64,000 nt of DNA from Emiliania huxleyi CCMP1516. Lineage: Eukaryota. Under the pieces are notes generated by a model. That model searched no databases. It saw only the letters and a list, made by a program, of their open reading frames with translations, and was not told the origin of the DNA. Numbering within the stretch: the stretch's first letter is position 1; every line of letters starts with the position of its first letter. The translations under genes were made by a program, and so were the position numbers. Location: NCBI RefSeq assembly GCF_000372725.1, contig NW_005201231.1:182679-246678 (forward strand), written 5' to 3'. Below, in pieces: positions 48,399 to 59,776 of this stretch.

Positions 48399-49089
48399 AT
48401 GCTCCAAGACTCCTCGCCCAGTGCTCAACGAAACCTGATGGCGGAGGACAGCTCGGACGACGTCGAGCGCACCTCGCTGACCGCAGGCAAGATTCCCGAC
48501 GTTGCGTCCGCCGGCCCGTTCAAGCGGCCCGGGGTCCTCATCTCAGCAGTCGGCACTCATGTTGCTGCCGTGGCGCTCTTGGCGATGATGTGGCACACGC
48601 TGAAGAAGGCCCTCTCTCCCGAGGCACCGCTGCTGACGTGGCGGACCTTCCCTCTCCACCCCTTCCTCATGACGCTCGCCTTTGGCTTCCTGTCGCCCGT
48701 CGCCGCGGCGGCGTGGCGGTCGTACGAGCACCTGCTCGGCTTCACCCACCGCCAGGTCAAGGTCTTCCACGGAGTGCTGATGGGAGTCGCGGCGCTGACG
48801 GGCCTGCTCGGCGTCATCGACATGTGGCTCGTCCACGAGGACGGCGCAGCGGCACAGGCGGCCACAAGGGCCAGTCCGGGCCCTCGGAGGAGACTGCGAC
48901 CGGCGTCTCTTCACGGCGTGTGAACTTCCTTAGGTCCGCCTCTCACACCCCTCACTGGCCTGCGATGCGAGCTTCTTGTTTCTGATCAACCTACCTGTCA
49001 TCAGGTGGCGAAGGGGTGGGCGGTCCACTTCCAGTCGGCGCACTCATGGGTCGGGATCGTCGCGCTCGCTCTCTTCCTCCTCCAGGCAT

Positions 49090-49183
<94 letters not shown>

Positions 49184-49229
49184 CACACACACACACACAC
49201 ACGCACGCACGCACGCACGCGCGCGCGCA

Positions 49230-49299
<70 letters not shown>

Positions 49300-50074
49300 C
49301 CGCTCACCCACGCGCACCGGGCCTTGTACTTTGAATGCCGTGGGGCTCCTGTCGTCTAGACGTGTAGCCGCGAGGGACTAGCCTGGCCCTTCCCCCACCA
49401 CCTCGCGTGTCCCGTGGAGAAGTGTACCTTTCCTTACCTCACCTCCTCCATGCGACGCGACGCGACGGACCCCGGACGAAAGGCCCCGAGCCACACACGC
49501 CCTCGTGCAACCTCTTGCCCCTCTCTGCTGCAGGCGACGGGGGGTGCCGCCGCCTTTGCTCTCCCCCTCGTGCCTCCTGCCAAGCGTGCGGCGCTGCTCG
49601 CGCCCCACCGCTGGCTCGGCGCGGCGGCGGCACAGCAGGCTCGCAACCGCCTCCTCCTAGCCAGTAGAGAAGGTTCCGAGAAGGTTCCGAGAAGGTTCCG
49701 AAAAGTCTAGACTCGCAGTCCGCCTCCTGTTAGGGAGATCCCTCCCCAGATCTCCCCACATCTCCCCACATCTCCCCACATCTCCCCTCCTGAGCCAGGC
49801 TGCCTTTGTCGCTCTCATCACGGGCATCCTCTCCCTCGCCGGCCGCGGCGACAACGTCAAGGAGAGCGACGTGGGGTACAAGGCCGCGGCGGTGCGTGGC
49901 TAGTACGTTAGCTAGCCACCGGTATGCCCCTGCCACCTGGCTGCGCACGGCCGGCCAATCGGCCGAGTGCTCAGTGTCATCTCAACTCGTCGTCGAGGCT
50001 GCCTCCTCCCTGCCCCGCCGCAGGTGGTTGCCCTCCTCCTCTCCCTCCTCCTCGGCCTCTTGCTGCAGCGCTAG
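48399..50074 (+). CDS. Cytochrome b561 family protein, multi-exon
   Basis: Four heme-ligand His in context: LHPFLMTLAF, KVFHGVLM, SAHSWVG, PHRWLG. Confidence 0.85.
49090..49445 (+). mobile_element. Heavily 5'-truncated copy of the 3' end of the 13873-19809 LINE inside a cytochrome b561 intron
   Basis: (CA)n followed by ACCGCTCACCCACGCGCAC..GGGCCTTG.ACTTTGAATGCCGTGGGGCTCCTGTCGTC..GTGGAGAAGT.TACCTT, matching the reverse complement of 13873-14010. Confidence 0.85.
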
Positions 50075-50334
50075 CGCGGCGGCGCCAGCCCGGCGGCCGG
50101 GGCTGGGCTGGCGCAGCGTGGAGGGCTCGGCCTTTGCGGTCTCGGTAGCCGGCGGTCTCGTCGCCGGCGGATGGGCGGCGGCGGTGGCGGTGCGGCGGCG
50201 TGGCGGTGGCGGGGTGGCGAGGCCGCGGGGGGGGGGAGGGAGAGGAGGAAGGGGCAGAAGGAGGGGGGGGAGGGAGGAGGCGCTGCGTGTGTGTTTACTT
50301 CGTGGCGGAGCGACTGACTGACGCGCGCATGCGG

Positions 50335-50335
<1 letters not shown>

Positions 50336-50414
<79 letters not shown>
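50336..50414. repeat. (GT)n microsatellite
   Basis: Directly visible. Confidence 0.9.
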
Positions 50415-50415
<1 letters not shown>

Positions 50416-51455
50416 GAGTGAGCGTTGGGTTGTCGCGGGTGTGTGCGCCCTGATCTCCTCTCGCTCTCGCGGTCGCGGTGCAAAGTATGTCCTCGGTGTG
50501 TATACGGCTTTGAGGCGTGTGACGTGTCGGTGTGGCGCTGGGCGCCTTTCTCTCCGAAAAAAAGCGTGTGTTGTGTGGTACGTACACCGTATGGCGCCAA
50601 CGGATCACACCAGCCTCGATCCCGCCTCAAACTGGAGGTGCAAGACGCGGCAACCCGAGCATGCGAAGTGGAGCCGGACGGCTCTGTGCGCATCTGTACC
50701 TCTCCACCCCCCATCCCCCCCATCCCCCCCACCCCCGCCCAAACCCAGCTCGCCGGGCACCGCGCCTGCCTGCCAGCCCCGCGCGCTCGCCAGCGCCAGC
50801 CCGCCGGCGCCCCTTCTTCCCCTCGAGAGGGCGGCGAGACCGGAACAGGAGCCCGGAATCGGAACCGGAGCAGCCCAGACCCCCCCCCCCCCCCCCCGCC
50901 GCCCGCTGCCGCCGCCGCGTCACTCGAGCGGCGGCGGCTCCTCCTCCTCCGCCGCCGCACCACTGCCGCCTCCTCCTCCGCCGGCCGGCTGCAACACAGT
51001 CAAGTTTGCCGCCTACGAGCTGAAAACACAAACATCGGGGCGGGAAGACGGCATTGTGCAGAGGCGACGTCTCCTCTCGAGCGCTAGCTGGGAGACAAGA
51101 ACACGCACTCCGCTTCTACGGGTTGCAGCCTTGAGGAGGAGCTGCTCGGCCGCCTACTCACAAGCAGCGGGTGTGAAGAGACGCTGCTCACACGCCTCTC
51201 AAGGCTGCTCGGCCTCAACGCTGCTCGGCCGCCTTTGCCCCTTGGCCGTCCACGAGCACCGCAAAGCGGCTCTTCTCAACCACCCACATCTTGGCCACGC
51301 CTTCCCGCCCGTTGAGGTCCGGACGGGCGCTGAGCCCTATCGAGAGTAGAGACGCGCGTCCGCACGCGGACGTCCCTCTGTCTTCCGGACGTGGTCCCGC
51401 CCGTGCGCTGACTGCCTCCGATCCGCACACGCGCGAGGAGGATCCGCCGGATCTC

Positions 51456-52652
51456 AGGAGATAGGCTGGCGTCCGCGATCTGCCGCGCCGCCTCCGCCGC
51501 CTCCCGCCGCGCCACGCCCTCCGCCGCCAGCAGCGCCGCCTCGCGCTCCGCCCACGCCGCGTCCTGCGCGCGCGTCACCGCCTTGACTGCCTTCTCCACC
51601 TCCGCCGCCGACTGGCCCTTCTCGGCCGCCTCCGAAGCCGCCTGCTGCCGCGCGCGCATCTTTTGCTGCCACGCCTACGGGCCGAATCCGCTAACATGAG
51701 GGCGGGAGGACGGGATCGTGCAGAGCATTCAGAGCACCGTGCGAATACGAGGGGCACGAATGCAGCGGAGTACAGCGGGATACGGTCGAATAAGGTTGAG
51801 TACGTGTCCTCTCGAGCGCTGGTTGGAGTACAAGAATACGTGTTCCGCTTCTAGGCTGCCGCGCCTCGGCCTCGGCCTGCTGCAGCCGCCGCTGCGCCTC
51901 GAGGCGGCGCTTGATCTCTGCGGGCGAAACGCCCGCCGCCTCGGCCTCGTGGTGCGTCTTTTGCATCGCCGCCTGGTGCTTTGCCTGCAGCCGCTGCATC
52001 TGCTGCTGCCACTGGGCGCACGCCTGAGGGGGGGGGGGGGGGGTCCCCCGCAAGTAGCCCCGCGCATAGGACACCAGCGTCTGTCCCACACACGCACAGA
52101 CACGCACATCATGGCCCGGGCACCCCCCCCGGCAGTGTAGTGGTGTGAGCACACGAGTACTAGCAGAGGCGGACGCCTGCACGCGGGCCTTTGCAGCCTC
52201 GGGCGTGAGGCCCTCTGCTATCGCCTCCTTGTACACCTCCTCGCGCTCCTGCAGCATCTGCCGCTGCTGGCGCATGTACGCCGCGTGCGACTCGCGCACA
52301 GACGCGAGCTGCGAGCCGATCTCCTCGCGGCTGCACCCCTGCGACTCCATGTCGGCCTGCACCTTTTGCAGCGCCGCCTGTGGGCCCCAAGGGGGGGCCG
52401 GGGCGTGTGGGCAAAGCAGGCGAGAGGAGGGGAGGGCTGGAGGGAGTGAGCGTCGCCAACTAGTGCGGGGCGCGGGCCTCCACACACACACGCGCGCGCG
52501 CGCGCGCGCACCCACACACCCACCACCACCACCCACCACCACCACCCCCACCCCCACCAGCACGAGGGCACAAGTGCGCGGGGAGGGCGGTGCTGCAGCC
52601 GCCTGGAGCTCCTTCTCGCCCTCGCGAGCGAGCAGCGACATCGGCGACTCAC

Positions 52653-52683
<31 letters not shown>

Positions 52684-52709
52684 CTCAGAAACTGCGCCGC
52701 CGCCGCCGC

Positions 52710-52748
<39 letters not shown>

Positions 52749-53205
52749 GCGTCTGCTTCGACGGGGCCTTGGCGGGCGCGGCCTTGGCTTGCGCCGCCGC
52801 CGCGTCGGCCTCCTCGGCGGCCCTCTCCGCCGCCGCCTTCTCGTACTCCCTCCGCGTCTGCCACTCCTGGAAGCGGAGGAAGAGGTACCCGATGCCGACC
52901 ACGACGCCCGTCAGCAGAAAGACGATCCCGTACGCGAGCGACATCGGGTCCTGGCGGCGCGGCTCGTAGTTGGGGACGCCGTACGAGAGCACGATCTCGA
53001 CCGACGAGTCGACGCCCTTGAAGATCGAGATGATGATGACCGCCGCCGTGGTGAGGAGCTGCACCCAGAAGGTCGTCCCGGTCGGCGGCTTTCCCCACGG
53101 CTTGAGCAGCTTGCCGATCCGCTTGTAGCGCGCCCGCGTGAGCCAGCGGCCGTCCTCCTCCTCCTCGGGCTGGGCCGCCTTCTTCTTCTTCTCGGACTTC
53201 GGCAT
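51456..53205 (-). CDS. Hypothetical protein with two TM helices and a coiled-coil C-terminus, multi-exon (3' end uncertain)
   Basis: ATG 53205 MPKSEKKKK; TM segments FWVQLLTTAAVIIISIF and LAYGIVFLLTGVVVGIGYLFL; Gln/Glu/Ala-rich exons. Confidence 0.55.
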
Positions 53206-53300
53206 GGGTTGCCGCCCAGGGATAAGCGAGGGAGCACGCAACGCGAGGAGCCCGAGCTCGGCAAAAAAAAAGACTGCACCAAAACTCGAAGGTCTCCAAA

Positions 53301-53414
53301 GTGACCGCCATCGCCCGTCCTGCGTCCACCCATACCGCGTTGGTGTCCCAGTCGTTGGTCGGACTGTGTTTCGCCTTCCCATCAATCAATCAAAGTGTGT
53401 GTGTGTGTGTGTGT
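53301..53414 (+). mobile_element. Short retroposed element with (ATCA)n(GT)n tail and 10-bp TSD GGTCTCCAAA
   Basis: TSD at 53291-53300 and 53415-53424. Confidence 0.8.
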
Positions 53415-53427
53415 GGTCTCCAAACTG

Positions 53428-53565
53428 ACAAACATGTTGTGCGAGGCGTGAACCGCGCCATTCGCTCTCACCTGGCAACCCTGTCTGCACGTCTCGCGCG
53501 CGCGTGAACAGGGCTCCGACGTGTGAGTGTTAGATTTGTTTGGTATTGCTAAAAATCTCTCTCTC
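53428..53565 (+). mobile_element. CRE-like LINE 3' tail with TSD CCAAACTG
   Basis: Matches ~46472-46615; TSD at 53420-53427 and 53566-53573. Confidence 0.75.
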
Positions 53566-53864
53566 CCAAACTGGCACGGACTACACCACAAAAGGCACAG
53601 CGAAAAAAAGAAGCGAAATACGTTTGCTTTTGCTTGGCCCAAGGGGCTGTGCTACACGACGCCCTCTCACCCCCTCGGCCGCGCGGCCGTCGCGCCCCTA
53701 GCTTCCCGCGCCGCGCGCGGCTGCTGTAGCCTGTGCTATCTCGCAGAGGCTCCGATTCCGTCGCCCCTTCTCCCGCCCAGGCCCCCTCCCCCGCGCCCCC
53801 TCCCTCCCGCTTCGCGCTGCGCGGGCGGCCCCGCACCCCAGCCAGGCGCGTCGACCATGAGCCC

Positions 53865-55297
53865 TCAGAACATGAGCGGCACGTCCGTGCAGAACCCAGA
53901 CCCGGCGCAGCGGAGGCAGTCCGTGTACACGAGGCACTCTTCGTTTCCCTCGCACGGCGGGCCGTGCTGACCTGGCACGCACTCGCCCTCGGGGGGCGCG
54001 CAGCATGGGAGGCTCGAGAAGAGCATCTTGCGACGGCGAGAGCAATCGACGCACGGTGGAGGAGAGGGGGCGGGAGGAGGCGCAGGAGAGGGGGGGACGG
54101 GTGGCGGAAACGGTGGGACGAACCAAGTGCCACACGTTTCGGCGAACTTGTCCACCGGAACCAGGTGCCTGCACTCCACGGGGCCGGGGTCGCGGGTGCG
54201 ATGATGTGGGGGCTGCATCCGCGGTGAAGGTGCGCGCCACTGGTAGTCCGAGTCGGCGCACGCCGACATGAAGAGCTGGGATGTGCACCCCTCCTGGTCG
54301 TCTGTGGTATCCGGGAATCCATTTTCGTCGCACTTGTAGGTGTCGACGGAGAAGACCCCTAAAGGAAGGCTTCCGAGAGCGTCCATGCTAGATCCATGAT
54401 CTTGCTGTCAAACAGCTGCATGGAGGAGGCGCCGTAGCCAGCCGCCTGGTTGGGGGTGGACACGCGGGGTCGGGAAGCGATCGTGGAGAGCGGCGGAACG
54501 TGAATTGCGTGGCGAGGCTCTCGCCAAGTGCAGCTATCTAGGGACGTGGAGGCTTTGGAAATGCACATCACCTCGACTGCGTCCTTCATCTCCAGCAAAC
54601 TGCCTCCGGTGTCGCGCACGCCCTTCATGATGGAGAGCGGATCCGCCGTCTTGGTGCAGATGGTGTTGAAGTAGTCGGCGGCGTCATCCGCTCCGGAGCA
54701 GTACCCGTGCTTTGTCCACCTGGAGAGAGGGCAGAGCGACCACAGCTCAAAGCGACAGCAGTGTACTGGAGTCGAAGGCTGAGGGCCGTGGGCGTGGAGT
54801 GCAACCGATTCCAGAGAGGGGCATTCTAGGCTTGCCCCACTCGTGGTTCACAAAGTCGAGTTGGTGCGCCTCGCCGTCGGCATCCGGCGTGGGAGGAAAG
54901 TCGTAGCAGGGGGCATTCGCCTGCAAAGAGCGGGATGGCCGGGCTCATGGTGGATTAGGGGCGCGGTTTTAAGGGGAGGCTCTTCCGACGGAAGGCTCAC
55001 CTTCACCCATGCGTAGTCCGGCACCTCGGCCGTATCGCCAACTGCCGCACAAATTGACGTGCCGTAGGAAGGGGTCTCGGGCCACAGGCCGTGCACCGTC
55101 GTCGTCTCCGCCGCATAGTAGCCTTCGCCATAGCCGGACTCCAATGCAACCACGCCGCAGAGCGCCGGGCCGCCGCACTCCATGATCTCTCCAGCGGCCT
55201 TCATGCGCTCCATCGTCTGCACGGTGGCGGTGTCCTTTGGCATGCCCAGGTAGAGCTCTGCCTGAGCAACCGTCGTGATCGCGCTGGCCGCGAGCAT
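53865..55297 (-). CDS. Secreted ribonuclease T2 family protein with Cys-rich C-terminal extension, multi-exon
   Basis: CAS I TVHGLWP; CAS II FVNHE|WTKHGYC across an intron. Confidence 0.88.
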
Positions 55298-55488
55298 ATC
55301 GAGGGGAAGAGGTCGGGGGGGGGGGGGGCACAGAATTCGGCCTTTTTACGCAGCGCCGCGTGACTCCCGGCTTTACGGGCCGCTATCCAGCACTCGAACG
55401 GATTTTCTTTTTTACCATTTAGGGGCCGGCGGATTTGCAATAAAGAGAGAGAGCAGTTTCGGATGATTTGATCGTCTGTTACGGCCCC

Positions 55489-56898
55489 ATGGCGGAGCAG
55501 TTGGACACCCCCAACGCGGACGCCGCGCCGAGGCCTTCGCGCCGGCGCCGCCCCGTCGTGGCGCCTGAACCCGAGACCGCCGAGGGCGACGCGCCGGCCC
55601 CCGAGGATGCCGGCGAGGACCCGCGACCGCAACCGCTCCAAAGCCAGAGCAGTCCCTCGCGCGCGCAGCGGCGTGGCAAGTTGGCAGCTCGAATCCCGGC
55701 GCCGCGAGGATCCGGGCTGCTGCTGCAGTCGGAGCAGCAGCTGCTGCTCTCACAGCTGACGGTGGACCGGGCCGACGTGTGGCCGACGGGGTGCGAGGCG
55801 CCGGCGCCTCCCCGCTCGCAGCCTCTCTTCCTCGAGGACGGTGAGACACCCACTTCGTCATAGAGACATCTGAGGAGACGCCAGTTCAGCCCAGCGGCCG
55901 CCTTTACTTTCCGACAAGCGTATTCTATGGGGCAAGCACTGCAGCCTCCGCCGATGTCTCCCTCACGCGGCCTCACGCTGCTCTTTGCAGGTGCCGCTCC
56001 CGCATACATGCAGACAGCAGACTCGCTTTCCTTTCGTAAGCTCAGCGCGGCGGCGGCTGCGGAGGTCAACGAGGCGGCGCGCCGTCGTATCGCCGCGGGA
56101 GACGCGCCCACTGCGAGCGCGCAGGTCACGAGCGCTGTCATCGGCGCGACGTGCTATGCCGCGCAGGTGCAAAGGGCTCTACTGCTGAGGAGAGGCCCAT
56201 GCCTGAACGAGGATGTCTAGTCAGCCCAGCGCGTCGCACACACGCAAGTGGGAGCGATCGTCTCACCTCGCTCCTCCCTGCCACACCAGGGTGTGCTGGC
56301 GGGCGCCTCCCTGCTGCAGGCGCTGGCCCTGCCGGTTGGCAGCGGCAGCGACGAACTTTCGCCCTTCCTGGCGTACGCGCCGCTCGCGATCAACCTGCAG
56401 GCGGCGCTGCTCTGGCTCGCGCTGCTCGCCTTCCTCGGTGCGGCCGACGCCGTCTGCTGCGCTCCGGCGGGCACACTCAGCGTCGCGGCGGGCGTTTGCG
56501 GCTGTTTCTTTGCCGCGGTGCTGCTGCTGGCCCTCGAGCTACCGCTCGACGTGGCGCTCGAGATTGGGCACGAGGAGCGCCTCCCGGCGCTCCGCTCACT
56601 GCTCGAGAGTGCCGGCGACGATCCACGGCTCTTCTTCTTCCCTCGCGGCAACACCACTTTCCCGGGCGCCCCAGTGCCGATGGGCTTCGAGGCGGAGGGC
56701 GACGACGGCCCGTTCCTCTCGATGCGGCTGTCCAAGGACGCGCTCTCGGTATGGCAGTGGCTCGTCGTGCTGCGGACGATCGCGACCCTAGCCGGCTACG
56801 CACTCTATTGCGGCCATTTGTCGCCAGCTTCCTTTGCACTGCCGCCGCTGCTGACGAGGTCAACGACCGGCTATGGTCATAGTGGCGGTGGGAGGTGA
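55489..56898 (+). CDS. Hypothetical membrane protein, multi-exon
   Basis: ATG 55489; several hydrophobic helices in the last exon; no family recognised. Confidence 0.45.
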
Positions 56899-57165
56899 GA
56901 GCTTTTTGCCTGAACACCGAAATGTACATGCGAAGAGTGTTTTTGTCGCCAACCCTCGGCACCTCGGCATGCGTTGGACCCTGTTGGAGCCTGTTGCTGT
57001 TGGCACTCTTCCTGGTCCTGCTCCTGCAGCCAGCCCCCACCCTCTGCGCACCGCTCGCAGACGGTGCCGATGCCAACGCTCTTGAAGGGTGCTGCGCAAG
57101 CTGGCTGGCGGGGATGTGTAATCACACAGTTGAAGCAACAAAAAAAACTTTTCCCGCCCGGAAGA

Positions 57166-57654
57166 ATGCTCGCGCTAAGCCGCCACGCTTGTCGGCTGCG
57201 ATCGGCACGGCATGCTCGGCTCTCATCCAGCCATTTGGGCGCGCACGGCAGCCTCGCCGGCGTGTGGAAGGTGAACCTGACCCCACGGGTGCCCGGAGCG
57301 CGCGAGGGCATGCCCAAGCGGCTGCGGCTGCTCGAGGGCGACAGCGATGAGGCTGGCGGTATCGAGGTGCCGTACATGGACTGCACCGCGGGCGGGTGGG
57401 CGGTGACGGAGACCGACGATCCGGCGGCGGTGGACGGGAACCGTCGCGTCGTCATCGATGTGACGCTCGCAACTCCGCCGCACTCGATCCGCTTCGACGG
57501 TTTGTTTGATGGCGAGCGCATCGCAGGCTCGGTCAGCGCGAGCGAGGCGCAGGGCGGCGAGTCAGGCGAGGCGACCGTCCTCGGCGACTTTCTCTGCACG
57601 CGACTGTTTACGTTTTGGGGCTCGCCAAAGCCGAGGGCCATCGACGTGACGTGA
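57166..57654 (+). CDS. Hypothetical protein with Arg/Ser-rich transit-peptide-like N-terminus
   Basis: MLALSRHACRLRSARHARLSS..LAGVWKVNL..FDGLFDGERIAGSV..GDFLCTRLFTFWG. Confidence 0.55.
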   Translation: MLALSRHACRLRSARHARLSSSHLGAHGSLAGVWKVNLTPRVPGAREGMPKRLRLLEGDSDEAGGIEVPYMDCTAGGWAVTETDDPAAVDGNRRVVIDVTLATPPHSIRFDGLFDGERIAGSVSASEAQGGESGEATVLGDFLCTRLFTFWGSPKPRAIDVT

Positions 57655-58042
57655 TCCAAACCGGCCGGATGCTTCCCCTGAGACTTGCCGGCGTCTCCCA
57701 GGTCCCCAGCGGTGCTGGGCGCCGTTCCCTGGCGGAGCGTTGCGTGCGTGTGTCATTTTGTGCGCCGCGTCCCGATAGGCCCGTGGCGACACTTCTCGCA
57801 ATCTGTGGCGGGTGTTTGCGTTGTATCCGCCGTTCTCTCTTGCGTCTCCGTCGCTGCCGTCTCGCGTCTGGTCGTAGTGGTACGTCGGGAGCCGGGACAC
57901 ACTGGCTGTGCCTGTCCCAACTCCCATTGCTTCCTGGCCAGAGCAGCCAGGTCCGGGCCAGAGCTGTGTGTGTTGCTTTGTCGATTCAAACCCTCTTACG
58001 TGCCCTCCCACTCACACTCACTCACGAAGTCAACCCGCGTCG

Positions 58043-58855
58043 TCACCCCTGCGGGGACGGCTCCGAGGAAGTGTACCGCTGCCCGACCGCAGCGTAGTCG
58101 ACGGAGGGCGTGTATTCGCGCGTCGCGGAATAGTCAACCTGCGCATGGGGCAAGGGAGTAGGCACGGGAGGGCGCGAAACGCGCCCCTGCGCCCGTCGCT
58201 TTGTCCCCTCTTGAGCGCGGCATGGCGGGCCAGTGGATGCAGGGAAATGGGCATGGCATCTAGGGCGCCGCCGCCGTCGACGAGTAGTCCGCGGTGCAGG
58301 TGTAGTCGCGGGTGGAGGAGTAGTCGTTTGACGCCGTGAAGGCTGAGTGCGCAGAGTAGTCGAGGGTGGAGGTGTAGTTGTTTGACGCGCTGTACTCGCG
58401 CGTGGAGTACGTGTAGGGCGACTCGCCCGCCTGCGAGGCCCGGGCGACACGCGGGCGCTTGCGCGGGTGCTGTTCATATAGACGGTGCGCGATAGATCTG
58501 GGGAGGTCTCGGAAGGGGCTCGGAAGCGGCGCGCCTCGAGCTGACGCGCGGTGCGCTCTGCGTCGTCGTGCGAACAGGACTCGCCGATGCCGGCAAACTC
58601 GCGCCGGCAAAACGGGCAGATGCCGTTGCAGAGCGGCACGCACTCGCGGCACATCACCGCCGCGCAGCAGCGCAGTATCCGCGCGTCCATCGCCGACGGC
58701 TGCTCGAGGCAGACGGGGCACTCGGGCGTGTTGCCCGTGGCGATGAGCTCCGCCGCGGCGCGCAGGCGGCGCACGGCGGCGGCAGACTCGGTCTGGGCGG
58801 CCGCGGAGGAGTCTTGGGCGGCCGAGGAAGCTGGTTGCGCGGGGGCGTCCGCCAT
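58043..58855 (-). CDS. RING-finger protein with Tyr-periodic hexapeptide repeats, multi-exon (3' end uncertain)
   Basis: CPVCLEQP..LRCCAAVMCRECVPLCNGICPFCR; YSTREYSASNNYTSTLDYS... Confidence 0.65.
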   Translation of the reverse strand: MADAPAQPASSAAQDSSAAAQTESAAAVRRLRAAAELIATGNTPECPVCLEQPSAMDARILRCCAAVMCRECVPLCNGICPFCRREFAGIGESCSHDDAERTARQLEARRFRAPSETSPDLSRTVYMNSTRASARVSPGPRRRASRPTRTPRASTARQTTTPPPSTTLRTQPSRRQTTTPPPATTPAPRTTRRRRRRPRCHAHFPASTGPPCRAQEGTKRRAQGRVSRPPVPTPLPHAQVDYSATREYTPSVDYAAVGQRYTSSEPSPQG

Positions 58856-58946
58856 GCGCGGTTTGTCGTGGTCCTTTCGGCTCTCGAAAGAATTTTCCCG
58901 CCAGCCGGTAACCCGATCCCGATCATCCGGCCAACTGGGTGCGCTC

Positions 58947-59068
58947 CTCAGCTCCCCGGTCCTGGATGTGAGGCTGATGACCGCACTCCAAGTGCTCCAA
59001 GTGCGCCCCGCACATCTCAGCTCCCCGGCCCTGGATGTGAGGTTACTGACTGCACTCCAAGTGCTCCA
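58947..59068. repeat. Two-copy ~61-bp tandem repeat
   Basis: CTCAGCTCCCCGG.CCTGGATGTGAGG....TGAC.GCACTCCAAGTGCTCCA occurs twice. Confidence 0.85.
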
Positions 59069-59776
59069 TGTGCACAACACTGGGCACGGGACTGGCGCGC
59101 ACTGGCACTAACACAGGTACACCACGGGAGCCGCCAGGCGGCTCCCGCGAGGACGGCGAGGCACTTAGCTCCGTGCACTCGACCGCCCTCGCCGCAGGCA
59201 AGCTCATTCACAATCTGCTCTGCGATGGCCGTGTATATTCGGCTCGATCGCGTCTTCGGGGCGCGCGATGCGGCCTCGAAGCGGGCCCGCAGCTGCCCGA
59301 GGCTGGCGGGCTTGGAGCCGCCGCACGCGCCGCACGACGCGCGCTCGCGGAGAAGGCCCCCGCACGGGGGGTCCCGGGGGGCACCATGATCGTCCGCCAA
59401 GGGTCCGGGGTCGCCCAGGCAAGTGGCCCAAATCCGATGAGTTTTCCACGGCGGGCATTACGACTTCGTGTACGTATCGTGAAAAGAATTTTCACGTGGT
59501 CGTGAAAAGAATTTTACAACAAAACGTGAAAAGAATCTACGAGCAAACTCCAAGTGCTCCAAATTCACGAGCCGGAGAGGTCGCCCCCCACTGCCACACA
59601 ACCTTCCCTGTCCGTGTGTGGAGACGAAGTTAACCTTGACTTACCTTACCTTTATTTGGTACAGAGAGAAGAGTAGGTGGAGACAAGGGAGCGTGAGTCG
59701 AGACTCAAGAGAGCAGGCGGTCCCTAGCAATGGCGGAGCGCCTGACGCTGTGACGCTGCATGCTTCCTAGCATGCT

